Source: Klebsiella phage KPP2018
Length of the DNA stretch: 64,000 nucleotides
Sequence record: NC_110934.1
Strand: one strand, 5' to 3'
Shown here piece by piece: positions 25,696-39,500 of the stretch; the first letter of the stretch is position 1, and every line of letters begins with the position of its first letter. Under the pieces are notes generated by a model. The model did not search any database, was not told the DNA's origin, and saw only the letters and a program-made list of their open reading frames with translations. The position numbers and the translations under genes are program-made.

Positions 25696-26110
25696 AATCT
25701 ACTACATGTATAAATCTTTTCCTAACTAGATACATAGTTATTGGGTAAATTGAGTACATAAGTATCGGGGAGAAAAGGGTGAAATACGCTGTAACTCCCC
25801 CAGCTAACATCAAAGGTATTAATGCTAGAGTAAGGGCCATAAGAATCATACCGAATGAAACAGCCAAAGCTATGGATATAGGATTCTCTAGTTCCATCCA
25901 TAACCAACAATATTTCGTATCTCTATGGCAATTGCATTTACAAACGCCGAATGAACCCATAATTATATACTCTAGTCCGTGAATAACCTTTATTAATAAG
26001 CTATTTCGGGTAGTTAATGCAAGGATAGTAAAGACTATCATTAAAACGAATACTACTAGACTTATTTTCCAGATACCTAGCAGCATCATAGTGAATAGTT
26101 CTGCAAACAT
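25694..26110 (-). CDS. Polytopic membrane protein, 138 aa
   Basis: Several hydrophobic segments. Confidence 0.6.
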   Translation of the reverse strand: MFAELFTMMLLGIWKISLVVFVLMIVFTILALTTRNSLLIKVIHGLEYIIMGSFGVCKCNCHRDTKYCWLWMELENPISIALAVSFGMILMALTLALIPLMLAGGVTAYFTLFSPILMYSIYPITMYLVRKRFIHVVD

Positions 26111-26187
26111 GGCTTTCTCCTATCTTCAAAAATTATTAAAGCCCCCTTTGCCTAAAAAGGCGGGAATACTCCCGCCTCAGTTATTAA

Positions 26188-26601
26188 TTAAACTAGTTCG
26201 ACATGACCGCCATCATAGGTACCACGTTTTATTTCATCGTGATAATCTCCCGAAGCATTCCAATCAGCACCAAAGCGAAGTTTAATGCCTAGTTCTTTAC
26301 CGGCTTGTTCAAAAGCCTTTTTAACTGCCCAAAATGCTTCTAAATCATTCCAATCAATTTTGCCATTAATGTATGGAGCAAAATCAAGGGCATCCCCAGT
26401 AATATGCTTGCTTTTACTAGGATCTTTTAAAAATGAAGTACCATTAGCAATATTCTGGGCACTTTGTGCTACTGTACGAATACCCTGTACGATCGTGAAA
26501 TCATATGGAGATAATTCTAAAGCTCTACGAGCTACTTTTTGTAGCTCTGGCTTAACGGTAGCTAATTGTTTTTCGCTATTTTTACCAAATTTAAAACTCA
26601 T
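26188..26601 (-). CDS. lys: Endolysin, L-alanyl-D-glutamate peptidase (M15-like), 137 aa
   Basis: Size and sequence character of the T5 Lys family; directly downstream of the holin. Confidence 0.75.
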   Translation of the reverse strand: MSFKFGKNSEKQLATVKPELQKVARRALELSPYDFTIVQGIRTVAQSAQNIANGTSFLKDPSKSKHITGDALDFAPYINGKIDWNDLEAFWAVKKAFEQAGKELGIKLRFGADWNASGDYHDEIKRGTYDGGHVELV

Positions 26602-27254
26602 ATTGATCTACCTAAAGATCTCTGTTGTGGGGAACAGAGCTTTGTTAAATACTCGTTAAATTTCTCAGAATCGGCTGCATCTACAGGATTATCTTTCCAA
26701 GCAATACCAATATATCCAGCATAGATATTGTTTAGATTGAAATACGGACAAGTGTATATGTAATTAAAAGTAACGTTCTTAAACGCAGGTATATTTAACC
26801 CCATGTATTTATTTACTTTTACACTTAAATCCGATGCGTAGTTAAAGCCTTCCAAGTGACGTCTATATAGCTCAGACGTTTTATTTACCGCTTTATCGGC
26901 CAAGTCAGCCCTATCTAATTGCGCATTGCTTTCCCATGCAATAATGTTAGAATAATCATTAATGGCATCGGGTTTATACTTGACGACAAAAACAGCATCC
27001 GCACCCGTTTGGGAGAAAAGCACCATGCTCTTCTCTCTAGCTACATTAGGAAAGTTATCTATCCTTTGAGTTTGAACATCCTGTAGAACCGCAGACGTGG
27101 AGAAAGTCTTTAAGAATGACATCACCTCGCTAGTATTACTAACAAATAAGAAAATAATGACAGCAACTAAGATAGTTAGCAGACGTTTAAGAAGCGATGC
27201 TGGATCTTTCGCTTCTTGGAGCAGTACCGTTAATAATTGTAAGAACTTTTCCAA
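26598..27254 (-). CDS. Holin (T5-type, 218 aa) with an N-terminal TM segment
   Basis: Size and position; stop overlaps the endolysin start. Confidence 0.6.
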   Translation of the reverse strand: MEKFLQLLTVLLQEAKDPASLLKRLLTILVAVIIFLFVSNTSEVMSFLKTFSTSAVLQDVQTQRIDNFPNVAREKSMVLFSQTGADAVFVVKYKPDAINDYSNIIAWESNAQLDRADLADKAVNKTSELYRRHLEGFNYASDLSVKVNKYMGLNIPAFKNVTFNYIYTCPYFNLNNIYAGYIGIAWKDNPVDAADSEKFNEYLTKLCSPQQRSLGRSI

Positions 27255-27374
27255 TTGTAACCTCCTCTAACCAGTACCATTATACTAATTTTGGAGGAAA
27301 ATTACAATGTGTTTTTAAAGATCACTTCTGGAGCATAAAATTTTGTCGTTGTCAAGAAGAATTTTAGATAAAAG

Positions 27375-27405
27375 AAAAGCCAGGGTCGTTAAACCCTGGC
27401 TTAAA
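27375..27405 (-). terminator. Rho-independent terminator (agccagggt...accctggct plus a T-run)
   Basis: Hairpin. Confidence 0.55.
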
Positions 27406-27410
27406 ACTAC

Positions 27411-28010
27411 TTACTCTTCGTTGTGCTCCTCGAATTGAGGTAACTGGGCTTTATTATATTGCTCAGATCGATATTTTGCCAAGATTTCAATACGCTTATG
27501 GATTTCTTTGCTATCTAGATAGATATTTTTGTTGTCTTTTACCATCTCGTCGATTTCATCTATTGAGAAGAATGGATAGTAGACATCTAGCATCATATCT
27601 TCTACGAACTTGTTGTAAGATTCATAGGCTTTCTTGATTTCTTGACCTTTCTCACAGAATCCGCCAGAGAACGTGTGTCCCATTAACGTAGCATGTGGAT
27701 GTACTACCCATCCATGACAGGATAGGAAAATTGTGCAGTAAGCAGAAGCACTAGGACCAATCAGATGTCCTATAACTGTTCCACGGCAATTAGCAATTAA
27801 GTTAGATAACTGTGCAGCAGTATCAACATAACCACCCGGGCCATTAATCATCAGATTAATTTCGTCGTCCTCATTTGCCTGCATAAGTACCATTGATAAA
27901 TCACGGTATTCATCCGGCGGGCCTAATTCTTCATCAAAGAAAAAGGTATACTCATTAGATTGGCGAATGGAGTGAAACAGGTTAGTCTTTTCTTCTTTTT
28001 TATTAGTCAT
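27411..28010 (-). CDS. ClpP-like serine peptidase, 199 aa
   Basis: NGPGGYV...GPSAS...HPH resembles the ClpP catalytic motifs. Confidence 0.6.
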   Translation of the reverse strand: MTNKKEEKTNLFHSIRQSNEYTFFFDEELGPPDEYRDLSMVLMQANEDDEINLMINGPGGYVDTAAQLSNLIANCRGTVIGHLIGPSASAYCTIFLSCHGWVVHPHATLMGHTFSGGFCEKGQEIKKAYESYNKFVEDMMLDVYYPFFSIDEIDEMVKDNKNIYLDSKEIHKRIEILAKYRSEQYNKAQLPQFEEHNEE

Positions 28011-28022
28011 AGCGATCCTTGA

Positions 28023-28775
28023 TTATCCAACTAGTGGTTCTAGCTCTAAGTCACAGAAGTTATAAACTTCTAGTTTAAGGTTATTGATACCATCGAATTT
28101 ATTAACTAATTCGTGAGTAATATATTTTGCAGGAATACCACTTTCAGATGGATGATCTGATTTAATAGTGAACTTCTGCTCAGCGGGTACTACATTTACT
28201 ATCAAAGAATCCATATCTAAATGGTTTGTTTCTCTGAGTAGCTCTCCTTCATTGGGGAATCTAACATCTGTTATTACGGCGACGTCTGGGTCGTCTTTAG
28301 CGATGGATTGCTCCAGAATTATGAGCCAAATGCGTTCATGCACCAGCTGCCTTCCTAGCTCTGTTCCTACGAGCTGTAACATTTTTCTCGGAGAAATAAA
28401 TAAACTATAAAGACCATCTTCTTTACTCCCTGAGATAAGTTGTTGAGGATTAAGATATTTTTCCTCAAAAATAGGCCAAACGTACGAGAAGTCTTCAAAC
28501 TTATCGATACCATACTTAAACCACACATCCCTGGCTCGCTCCAATTGAGATTGTGTGACCGTAAACCATTGGTCAATCTCTTTTCCCCTGCGCTCTCCTA
28601 GAAACTCTGGAGTTACACCGAGGATTACGGATGCAAGTTCATAAACGGGCTTAGCAAAACTGTAACGACAGGGTAAACACATTGGATACGTGTCATTACA
28701 CCAATCAATAATTAATTTTGCAACGGTATCTTTTCCCGAACCAGCTTCACCATGTAAACCGACTAATACTGACAT
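28023..28775 (-). CDS. dnk: Deoxynucleoside monophosphate kinase, 250 aa
   Basis: P-loop GEAGSGKDT; same size as T5 Dnk. Confidence 0.75.
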   Translation of the reverse strand: MSVLVGLHGEAGSGKDTVAKLIIDWCNDTYPMCLPCRYSFAKPVYELASVILGVTPEFLGERRGKEIDQWFTVTQSQLERARDVWFKYGIDKFEDFSYVWPIFEEKYLNPQQLISGSKEDGLYSLFISPRKMLQLVGTELGRQLVHERIWLIILEQSIAKDDPDVAVITDVRFPNEGELLRETNHLDMDSLIVNVVPAEQKFTIKSDHPSESGIPAKYITHELVNKFDGINNLKLEVYNFCDLELEPLVG

Positions 28776-29128
28776 TAATCTTTCCTATTTGTAATGGGTG
28801 GATAGTAAACTAAGCAACGTTTTTCTTGTAAATCTTGACGATAGAAGCAAACCATACCAGTCAGTCGTGAAATGTAAGAGTAAACTGCTTCCTCACATTT
28901 TGCTTTTGCATTCCAATCTTTGTATGGTATAACAACTACTACGCCATCTTCTCCATTTGTAGCTAATTTCTTTTCAAACCTAAAGTTAAAGCTACAAGGT
29001 TGAAGTCCTTTAGGCCAGTCTACATGAGCTTGCTTTAACTCATGAGATGGCTCTGGTTTTATTTCTTCTGCACAGCCTGTGATCGTGATTGTGGCTGCGA
29101 GCAGTACTCCAAGTTTCCAGTTAAACAC
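28775..29128 (-). CDS. Outer-membrane lipoprotein, likely o-spanin (lipobox ITGC), 117 aa
   Basis: Signal peptide plus a Cys lipobox; overlaps the i-spanin. Confidence 0.55.
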   Translation of the reverse strand: MFNWKLGVLLAATITITGCAEEIKPEPSHELKQAHVDWPKGLQPCSFNFRFEKKLATNGEDGVVVVIPYKDWNAKAKCEEAVYSYISRLTGMVCFYRQDLQEKRCLVYYPPITNRKD

Positions 29129-29508
29129 GCTAATCTTTCCTCGAACTCTTTATTCTGCTTTTTAGCAATTAATGTTACCAATCCAGGCTTTGCAGCGATA
29201 ACATCTTGACGACTAAGAGCTTTATCTAGCTGCTTAATCTTTTTGTCTAGATCTGCTTGCGAAATATTATTCATTGTGAAATACTGATTCATTCTAGTCT
29301 CACGAAGTTCGCTTTCAGCTTTCACCTTATTAAGGGAAGTCTCTAGAGAGGAAATCTTTTTAGTAGCTACCGCAAGATCTCCCGCTAAAGTCTCCACTTT
29401 ATCTACTAAGTGATAAGCACCGAACCCGATGCCTATCGCTAGACCTGCTCCCAGGATATACCACTTACCGTGCCATATTCCTGAAAGAAGTTTTTGTATC
29501 AAATCCAT
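29059..29508 (-). CDS. i-spanin-like protein (N-terminal TM plus coiled coil), 149 aa; its 5' end lies inside repeat copy 2
   Basis: Architecture; overlaps the lipoprotein gene. Confidence 0.55.
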   Translation of the reverse strand: MDLIQKLLSGIWHGKWYILGAGLAIGIGFGAYHLVDKVETLAGDLAVATKKISSLETSLNKVKAESELRETRMNQYFTMNNISQADLDKKIKQLDKALSRQDVIAAKPGLVTLIAKKQNKEFEERLACLTGNLEYCSQPQSRSQAVQKK

Positions 29509-32500
29509 GCGCTGCTAACCTGTCTTTATCTGATACTTTAATCATATCAGGCTCACCAGTTCCTAGTACACCAAAGATATACTGTTCGAGAACTTGGTGT
29601 AAACGGTATAAGTTACTTTCAATTTCCTGCCACGGAATACCTGACTGATGGAAACGAATGTTAGTCTGAATCACGAAGTTACGAACATCATCGTTATCGT
29701 TCTTTTTAATACCTTTCACATATGCAATCGGTACACGCAGTTCGGATAAGATACGTTCTGCTTTAGGTTTTGCTTCAGCGAGCAAATCACGCATTGTTTC
29801 ACGAACATCTCCACGACTCTTATCCATTAAGTAAGAGCGAGCATGCAATCCCATCTCTTCCATTTTATCGAACATAGTGTCGAGATTAAACGTTTTGAAG
29901 CTAAATGCTGGATGCCAGCAGTACAGCTCGTGTAACCAGTAAACTTCACCTGCAACAAATAGTGGGTTTACAAAATATTCGAAATCACCACGAAAAGATA
30001 GCGAGCCATCACGAAATACCTGGCGAGTATGCACAATGTTCTTTTCTGCATCATCGGTTACTTTAACCAGCAACTCTTCAGTTTTACGCTCCCAAACACG
30101 ATCTGGGTCGAACAAACTGTTTTGCAAATCATACACATCGGCGAACTTAGAAATAATCCTCATATTTAATCCTCTTGCCTCAATCTATAAACATATTATA
30201 CAAAAGTTTGGGCATCTAAGCAACTAAAATTTTATTATAAAAATAGCCCAGTCGCAAAAGTGCAGGCTGGGCTTTGTCATTATTTGCTTTTGCTAGTAAG
30301 TTGATTTAGTATCAATCTTATGTAATATTAGTTTCTCTAGCTTTGCGTAGTACCCCTGCATTTCTCCACAATTTGATGTCAGCAACTGTTTCTTTATATG
30401 GAGCAATGGTAGAACCAATTGGGCCAGCAACTAATAGTCCAAAGAACCCTACAATACGCATGTAGAACAAGCATTCTTTGGCTGTCATATTATTTACTGC
30501 TTTTTTCTGCTTTTCATCTTTAAACTTCTGTTCTTGATCATCAATATGTAGATACTTAACAAACCATTCAGCAGAATATTCATCCAAATGTCTAATAATA
30601 GCTATCGCATATCCAGCACCGATTAAAAACCAGGTTGTAACAAGAATTAGTAATATAGTCATATTATCTCCAGTTAGGGCTAGCAGCCATCTCACCACTT
30701 ACCGCACTAAGGGGCACGACTCCCTTATCCGTAACAGTTGCAGGTGACGCAACTCGGTCCTACGCGAGTTCTTTAGGTATTCTGCATTTCAGCTTTAAAT
30801 TTTTTCATATTACGAGTTTTTCTATAAAAGAAAAACACAGATGTTGGGCCTAGAAGAATATCCACAATAAATATCATAGATCTAGCACATCTGAGTAATG
30901 TTTTATCATCAAGAGGAGGCAGATCTAACGGTCGAGTTTTATGTATAACGTATAATATTACATCTTTATTCTTAGAAATATACAGATCATCAACCAAGCT
31001 GTAAATAGCTACTATAGATCCAATGATGAACCAAAGAGCAAATGGAGAGATAATCATTTCAGATCCTTTTCATTAATTAGAATATTAGTAAACAGTGGAG
31101 TAACTCCTAGACTCATAGTAGGTCCAAACATATTCATGGCTACCCACAATTGCATAGTGATCATCCCATCTTTAATCTCTGGATCTTTATATTCTTCGAT
31201 ACGTTTTTTAGCAAAGGCAATTACATCTGGAGTACTACCGTTCTTTACAACATGATCATGCCAAAACTGGGTATTCTCACTACGTAGGAATGTTAAAACA
31301 TCCTTAGTTGCTGGAATCTGCACTGTGCTATTGATGTTTAGTCTTTTCACGTTCTTTTCCATGTTACTCTTCTCCTTCAAAGTCGCAATCATAACGACAA
31401 GTAAAAGAACTGGAGCTATTAGTACGTTGGGTGGTTATTTCACCGCGTTTGCTAATAGTAACGGCTGGAGTAGAGAAGTTTTTATTAGTATAGATTTCTA
31501 CTTTACCATTACGTTCTTTAACATCACGAACTTTACCATACTCGGTAATAATGCCGTTCTGTTGGACTTTAACACTGCCATTTTTCATAGAAACTTTGGT
31601 AGATGCCAGAGAACCGAAACTAACTGCGGAGATCATCAGTGCAATAATAAACTTATTCATCTTCATCCTCCCCACTACAATCACGACATACATCATAATC
31701 GTTGAAAGAACGTTCGTGAGCTTCACACCACCAAGAACAAGAATCGCAGAGAAACATTTCAGTTTTCTCAATTGCTTGGCCTAAAAGATCATCAGCTTCC
31801 TCAGCAGTAATCTTCAATCCGCACACATCTGCCACACGTTCTTTAATTAAACGACCTGCTTCGTGGTAAGACATACAGGTTCCCGCAACATCATGTTCAA
31901 GAACATGAACAGCACAGTCTAGACGAGTTTTCATTTCAAACCTCTCTCATCAATTTATAAACATATTATAGCAAGAAAAGAGAGGTTTAGCAAATGAATT
32001 ATTTCAGAATTTAGTCATAGCACCACCATAATCCACGCTTACGCATGTCATGGTCGCGATTATAATCATAATTTTCTGGATCTTTCATCACGCGGTGGAG
32101 TTCTTGACGGTTCCCTTGGCGAACCATTTTATTAGAATGCCACTTAACATTCTTACTAATAGAATTCCAGTTATAACCATCCTTTTTCTCATTACGAATG
32201 GTTGCTTCCTTCATTTCTTTTTTGATGTCGTCCCAGGATTTGGCATAAATAACACGAATCCAGTAGCCATTTTCTTTGAGGAAAGAATATTCTTGAGAGA
32301 ATTGTTCTTTAGACTTCCACCACTGATCACCAGATTGTTTACGATAAGTACGGCTCATATTACCTCCATTAAGTCTTTTAAATTAACCTAATGTGGATGA
32401 ATTTTATTATACATATATTATGTACCTTTATACAGAAAAACCCCAGACTACTTATTCAATAGCTGGGGTTTGTTATTAATTACAGATCGGGGCGTTCATC

Positions 32501-33509
32501 TTCGAACGCCACGAAGCCATCAAATTCATCATTTGAAATACCACCAGTATAGGTGATGTCCGCAATCATCGCTTCCATTTTCCGGATCTCCGAGGTTTTC
32601 ATGCCTGCTTTACTATTCTTATAGTATTTGCGAGGGTTCCCACACATCCAACAAGAACAGATGCAAGGAGTAGTAGTGACAATACCTAACCGCTTAGGGC
32701 TTTCTTCATGTGGAAAGATTGTCCAATACTTCTTGCGGTTGTTCTTCACACGTTGCCGGTGATGACGTCTTAATGCTCGATCCACACATTTCTCCTAAAA
32801 CTTGGGAGATAAATGGAGTTTGCTCGACTACCTTGCGTAGTTCGGAGAAACCGTATCCAAACCCCATTACATCGCCTGAGTAAATGTACGACTAATAACG
32901 TCGTTCTGTTGTTCACGAGTCAGTGCATTAAATCGAACAGCGTAGCCAGAGACACGGATGGTCAACTGATGATATTTTTCAGGATGTTTCTGCGCATCCA
33001 AAAGCTGATCACGGCTTAACACATTGACATTTAGGTGCTGACCACCTTCGATTTGAGGGGCGACTTCCACTTTGACTTCACGGAAGGCTTCGGGATCGAA
33101 TTGTGGTGTGATACCTTCTAGATCTTCAACTAGAACTTTCTGTTTAAGTTCACCATTGTCGGAGTATAGCTGAATAATCTGATTTTCATGAACAAGGTTA
33201 ATTACGCCAGATTTAAGATTTTGATATGCTTTCATTAGATCTCCCCGATGTTAGAATTTGGCTCAGCTCTTTATTCTTTATACTTTTCCATAGTATACGG
33301 AAACTGTCTTACCAGTTTGGTTCATGACGTATGCTACTTCATCTTCTTTTAAAAAGATGGCTTGATCTACTCCAACTATAGCCAATCTCTTATTTCTAGG
33401 ATTAAAGCTTACGCTTTTGCCCGTATGGATATGTTCACCATTCTTGGCTGACATTATTTTAATTGTTAACATAGCTGCTCCTAAATTTAGCTATCTCTAG
33501 CTATTTTAA

Positions 33510-36500
33510 TGGTAGTTAGTAGTGGATTTGAACCACTGTAGTCGCTCCGTATGAGGGAGGTGCATAACCACTCTGCCAACTAACTGTTATGTTTTACTAG
33601 ACTAAGTAAGTATTCTTTATACTCTTTAGACCAATTAGCTTTTTTAAACTTTCCTGGACGCATAGTCTTAATTCCTAAATTTGGTACTCCGGGAGGGATT
33701 TAAACCCCCGATCTCTCGGTTATCAGCCGAGTGCTTTAGATCGCTAAGCTACCGAAGCATTAATATTTAATTGCAGAACGTTTACCATTTCTAGGCGCAT
33801 CTGGAAGTCGTGCACGTTCTGCCATTCTTCGCTTAATCTTTGAGATATTTTCTAGTGTTTGTTCTTCAGGCTTAATACCTGAAACACTACACCACTGATT
33901 ACCATCCCATGCGGTAATGATCATAACACCATTACCCATAATCTTTTCTGTGAAAGTAATTCTCATTATAGCAACTCATCTAAGCAAGAGGTATATTTAA
34001 GTTTACCATCTTTATCTACTTTGATTTCGACTTCCGCTCGTGGTACTTGACGAACTACACCATGAATCATCTTATAGCGAATGCCTTTAGCTGGTTCACG
34101 ATCTTTTGGAAATACTTGCTTAACCGTTACTACCTTGAAACCCTCACGCGGTGTTAACACTACTACTTGATCACCTTCTTTGATCTTCCAAGAGCTAGGA
34201 AATTCATAGGTATAGCGTTGACCACCAGTTTGGAACACAACAGAAAGATAACGTTTCATTTGGTTTCCCTCTCATTAATTTATATAAATATTATAACAAT
34301 AAATAAGAGAGAAAGCAAATGAATTTTTAATAAAGTTTAGTCACTTCATAAACTATACTACGAGATTCTTTATTACGTTGTATTAAATTAGCATATGCTT
34401 CTTCAGCTTCATTTTTAGTATTAAAGTCTATAACGTGAGAGGTATTAGCTCTGTTTGATTGGCTATACCAGATAACTACTAGGAGTTTAAACATACTAAT
34501 CCTTAAATTGGTGCTGGGCACAGGATTCGAACCTGCAACGGGATTACTCCTCCTGATTACAAATCAGGTGCATTCAACCATTCTGCCAACCCAGCAGAAC
34601 CCGTTATTTCAACGGGATTTCTTTTTCAATAACAGGGGACTTGTCAGTCATGACTGTCATTGCCATTTGTTGTAGAAATTCAAAGGTGAAGGCTACACGT
34701 TCTTCACCAATCTCTACTTCTACACGTTTCTTTTGTTTATCGATCTTGACTTTCAGATTATCAGCCATCTTCGGGTTCTCGTTGCTGCGCTACTTCTAGC
34801 CAGTCTGGTAGAAGAAACTTTGTACGAAATTCTTCGTAAGTTTCTTTGGGATAAAAGCTAAAACCTCCTTTCTCGTCATTCAGGATAACAGAGCCGTCAG
34901 TTTGTTCGTATGCTCGGTATGTTTCTCCAATAACAATAACTCGTTTATCGGTACTTTTATTACGAAATTCAAAAACGTGCATAACGTTTCCTTAAAGTTG
35001 GAGCGGCTAGAGGGAATCGAACCCTACTCAGCGAGGCTTGGAAGGCCTGCGACACAACCCGTGTGCTTAACCGCTTATTGTTTGGCTGGAGAAGGAGGAA
35101 TCGAACCTACCATTAACGGAGTCAAAGGCCGTTGTGCTAACCGTTACACTACTCTCCAATTATTTGGCTGGAGTGCCTGGGATCGAACCAGGAACCTTCG
35201 GAGTCAGAGGCCGACGATCTGCCAATTGATCTACACTCCAATAACCCTTTACTCTACAGGAACCGTGGCGATTGGTTCTGGATCTTCTAAACGTTTGCCT
35301 TCATGATCTACTCGAATAACTCCGCATCCTTCGCAAATCACAACAGCACCGTAGCCTTCTTTAACTTCAGCTTCTGTAATCAAACCAGAAAGATCACCAG
35401 TATCTCTGCCCCACATATCAATGGAGCATTGTTTGCAGAAATCAGCCATATTTTATTTCCTATTTAAGTTAATTTGGGGTGGCTAGTGGAATTCGAATCC
35501 ACATAGGCCTGATTCACAATCAGGATCATTAACCAATTATGATATAGCCACAATTGAAAACTCGCAGGGTTAGCGAAACCTTCCTCAATTAGCATGTTCT
35601 AGAATACTAATCAAGTTATCTCCTATTGCACGCAGCTCAAGACGAGTACGAATTTTCAATTGTGGCGGCTCTCCGAAACTCTTCTACTCTAGCCTTAGCA
35701 GCTTACTCCCGAACGCATGTCGGGAAAGTCTTACTAAGAGCATCAAATAGCACCGTTACACTTTGAGCCATAGATATATCAAGAAGCAGAAGGACTTGAA
35801 CCTTCACGAGATAGACCATTTATCTCAGCCGCTTTATGAGGTATGTTGCAAGGAGTGGATGTTCCTTATAAACCTTTTAGGCAGCCCCGTCTACCGATTC
35901 CGGCATACTTCAAGAATTTTTATAAACCAGCAGAAGCCTCATTTAAAGCATCAACAATAGCCTCACGTTGGGTCATTCCATACCCGGTGGAATCTAGGTG
36001 TGGCAAATAAGCCTTCCATCCCTTATCTGTTTCATGAAGACATGCTTTAAATTTTGTACCATCCTTCATTGTTACAGTAACTGTTTTGCTCATAAGATTT
36101 CCTTATAGTTAATTGGCAGAAGATAATGGAGTCGAACCATCACCGTATCGCTACAGCGGGCTGGTTTTCAAGACCAGTTACGTACCACTACGTCCTATCT
36201 TCTATTGTTTGGCGGAAGAGGAGAGATTTGAACTCTCAAGCCGTTTTACCAGTCAGCCACTTTCCAAGCGGTTTTCGTCGCCAATTCGATTTGCTCTTCC
36301 AATAATAAGATGATGCCTCTATCACACCAGGCAGTTACGCCTCGCTGGGATTCGAACCCATTAAAACAGCTCAACCAAGATAGTAGGTTTAATTTACTCT
36401 GACCATCAAATTTGGTGCGTGACAAGGGATTCGAACCCTCAAAACCCGACTTCTAAGGACGGTATGTATGCCAATTCCATCAATCACGCATGTTTGGTGG

Positions 36501-39500
36501 AGAATAACGGAATCGAACCGTTCTGATGTCCTCGGTGCAAGCGAGGTGTCCACTCCATGCAGACCCATTCCCCAAATTCTTTAGTTTACTAAGGCTATTA
36601 GCTCGGCGTAACTACAGCACCTTCGCTTCAAGCGGAAGGAACCGCGTCATCTCGCAAACCCGATACACTATTCAGTTGCCGCTGAATCTAGTGGACTAAT
36701 CTAGAACTTCTCCCGAATCGTAGGGATCGTGCTTTTTGGCAGCCAGTCCTAGGTCGAGCTAATACCTTAGTGAACTATGATGAGGATTTCTCCTCATCAA
36801 TTTATATAAATATTATAACAAGAAATTAAGCATCAAGCAAGTACATTTTTAGCGATTTCTTGTAGTTCCTTTACATCACGAACGTAAAGGTAATCAGAGC
36901 TTCCAGAGTGCATACTTTGCATAACCACACCTTCATCTGGTGCATTATCCTTCAGAGTAATTCCTAACCAGAACTCGGCAAAACTAGGTGTTATCTCACC
37001 TTGACTTGCCTTGAATACATCATATTCTGTAAGTTCTTGACCAGTAGATAATCCCAAATATACAGAACTAAGATCAATCTCTTTATGAGACTCATAAAAC
37101 TCCGATAGATCCTTTTCCATATCCCAGCCATGCTGTAGCGCGAACTCCATTGTCACATGACCGAAATAACCTTGAATCTTGCTTGATAATTGCATTTGCA
37201 ATTCCTTATTTTGAGTTAATTGGTACTCGGTGATAGAATCGAACTATCGCAACCGCCGTGTAAAGACGGGGTTCTCCCATTAAACTAACCGAGCAATTTG
37301 GTAGATCGCCTGGGACTCGAACCCAGAACCTTCCGATTAAAAGTCGGATGCTACTAAACCTATTGAGCTAGCGATCTATTAGTAACCATTGTATACTTCT
37401 TTAATAGAGTGAACCTTCAAGTAAGGGTGATTAGTATTAAACTCTGACATTACTTCATCCCAATTTTTACCATAATGGGCAAGTAAGGATTTTGATGTAT
37501 TCTTACCTGAACGTTTGTCGCTTACTACTAATCGAAATACTTTCATTTCGAAATCCCCTATTAAAATGGAAGCGGGTGCAGGAATCGAACCTACCTCTTT
37601 CTAGCTTATGAGACTAGTGATCTCTACCAGAGATCTAACCCGCAATTGTTTGGTCAGTGCGGCAGGACTCGAACCTGCGACCCGAAGCATCCAAGGCTCC
37701 CACGCTACCAACTGCGCTACGCACTGTTAATTCTTTTATTGTGGAGGAATATTAATAATTCGTCCGTCTACACAATAAACGGTACTAGGAATTGTACTAT
37801 ATATATGTAGAAATTCTTTATATTACTCTCCCCGCCACAGAAATTTTTAGCAAATTCATACTCTTTATTAATGGTTGAGTCAAATTTAAAACAACCAGTA
37901 AGTAGGAATACAGATAGTAATAAAATTTTCTTCATTTAGCTTTCCTTCTCTTCACTTTATAAAATATATTATACAGATAATTAAGCAGAATAGCAAATGA
38001 ATTTTTAATAAATTTACTTATTGTGTAGGCCACCTGGAGGCTACCAACCCCACGGCTGACAAAGAAGTTTGCGAGACCTCTCTTAAATGCCAGAATAGAT
38101 CCGCCGATCTATCGGAACCTACATAATAAGTAAACTTTATAGTGTCATTCTAGACAGGACTCGAACCTGTTATCACTTGTGCGGACTTACGAGAACCATT
38201 CTTTCACTCGAATCGAACGAGCTTCTGCCCTCGCCAAGCTGGTTTCCCCGTCAACCACGCTAGAATGTTTAATTGTTTTCAGTGCAAGAGTCCGAGTCTT
38301 GGACACGACCGCTTCGCAAGTACATAGGCAGCTTATCATGAATCAGCACTTCCGAATTGCTAGCTCCGTGTTCTGCACTGAAATTTTATTAGTTTAACCG
38401 TAAAGTATTATCTACTTCACCATTAATTGTTCGGCATTCTTCTGGGATTGCCGGGGTGGCCTTGTATTCCCACCATTCAGAACCGTCATATTCACCACGT
38501 TCTAACCAAGTTCCATCAGTAAACCATACGTTACCATAAAGCAATTGTCCACCGAAACCAGAATCATATTTAAAGTCTAGATTATTTAGAAAATCTTCAA
38601 TATCTTTTTCTGTATAACCTACGGGTAATACCCAAACTTCTTTGTCCCCATAATAACCGAATTCTATCTTAATACACTTAACTTCAGACTTAGTATTCTT
38701 TAGGGCAAGTAACAACTCTTCTTTAGCATTAATCATAACATATTTCTCGTGCTAGTTTAATTTGGCGCGACCGATGGGATTCGAACCCACATTCTCTCCC
38801 GTGACAGGGGAGTACCATTACCAAGCCAGCCCCGGTCGCATAATTCATTTACTCAGCTTTGAGTTTTTCAATAGCTGCATTAAGTTCCTTAAGAAACTCT
38901 TTTCGTACATTAAGACGATTAAGACTTACTAGTATATCATGTTTAAGTTCTTCGATATATTTCTTCTCAACTTCAATATTGTTGATAGTGCTATCACGAT
39001 GAACTTCTAGCTGCGCAATTACATTCTTGGACATGCTTGTTTCCTCAGTTATTAATAAAAATGGTATCTGTGGCTGAATTCGATATCAGCAATGATAGCT
39101 GGTTGGCTACCGGTTTACTTAACTCTACACAGAATTTGGCGGGCCGTGTAGGATTCGAACCTACGTTGTCTTTCGACATGGATTAACAGTCCACCGCCAA
39201 ACCGCTTGGCTAACGACCCTAAATTTATATTGCTGACTAGGATTTTCACCTAGACGGAGTTAGCACCGTAGCGTGTAGCGGCATACCCCTCCAAACCGTG
39301 CCTCATCTTTCAATTACGGAGACAGTGTTCCTACGCGTGCCTGAATTGATTTAACAATTCTTTCAGCAAATTGGACGACCGCATGAGATTTGAACTCACA
39401 TAAGAAGGATTTGCAATCCTTCTCCTAAGCCATTCAGCCAACGGTCGATTTATCTTGTTCTGTCATGTTGCTCCCCCAGTTCAATTTATGTAATTATTAT

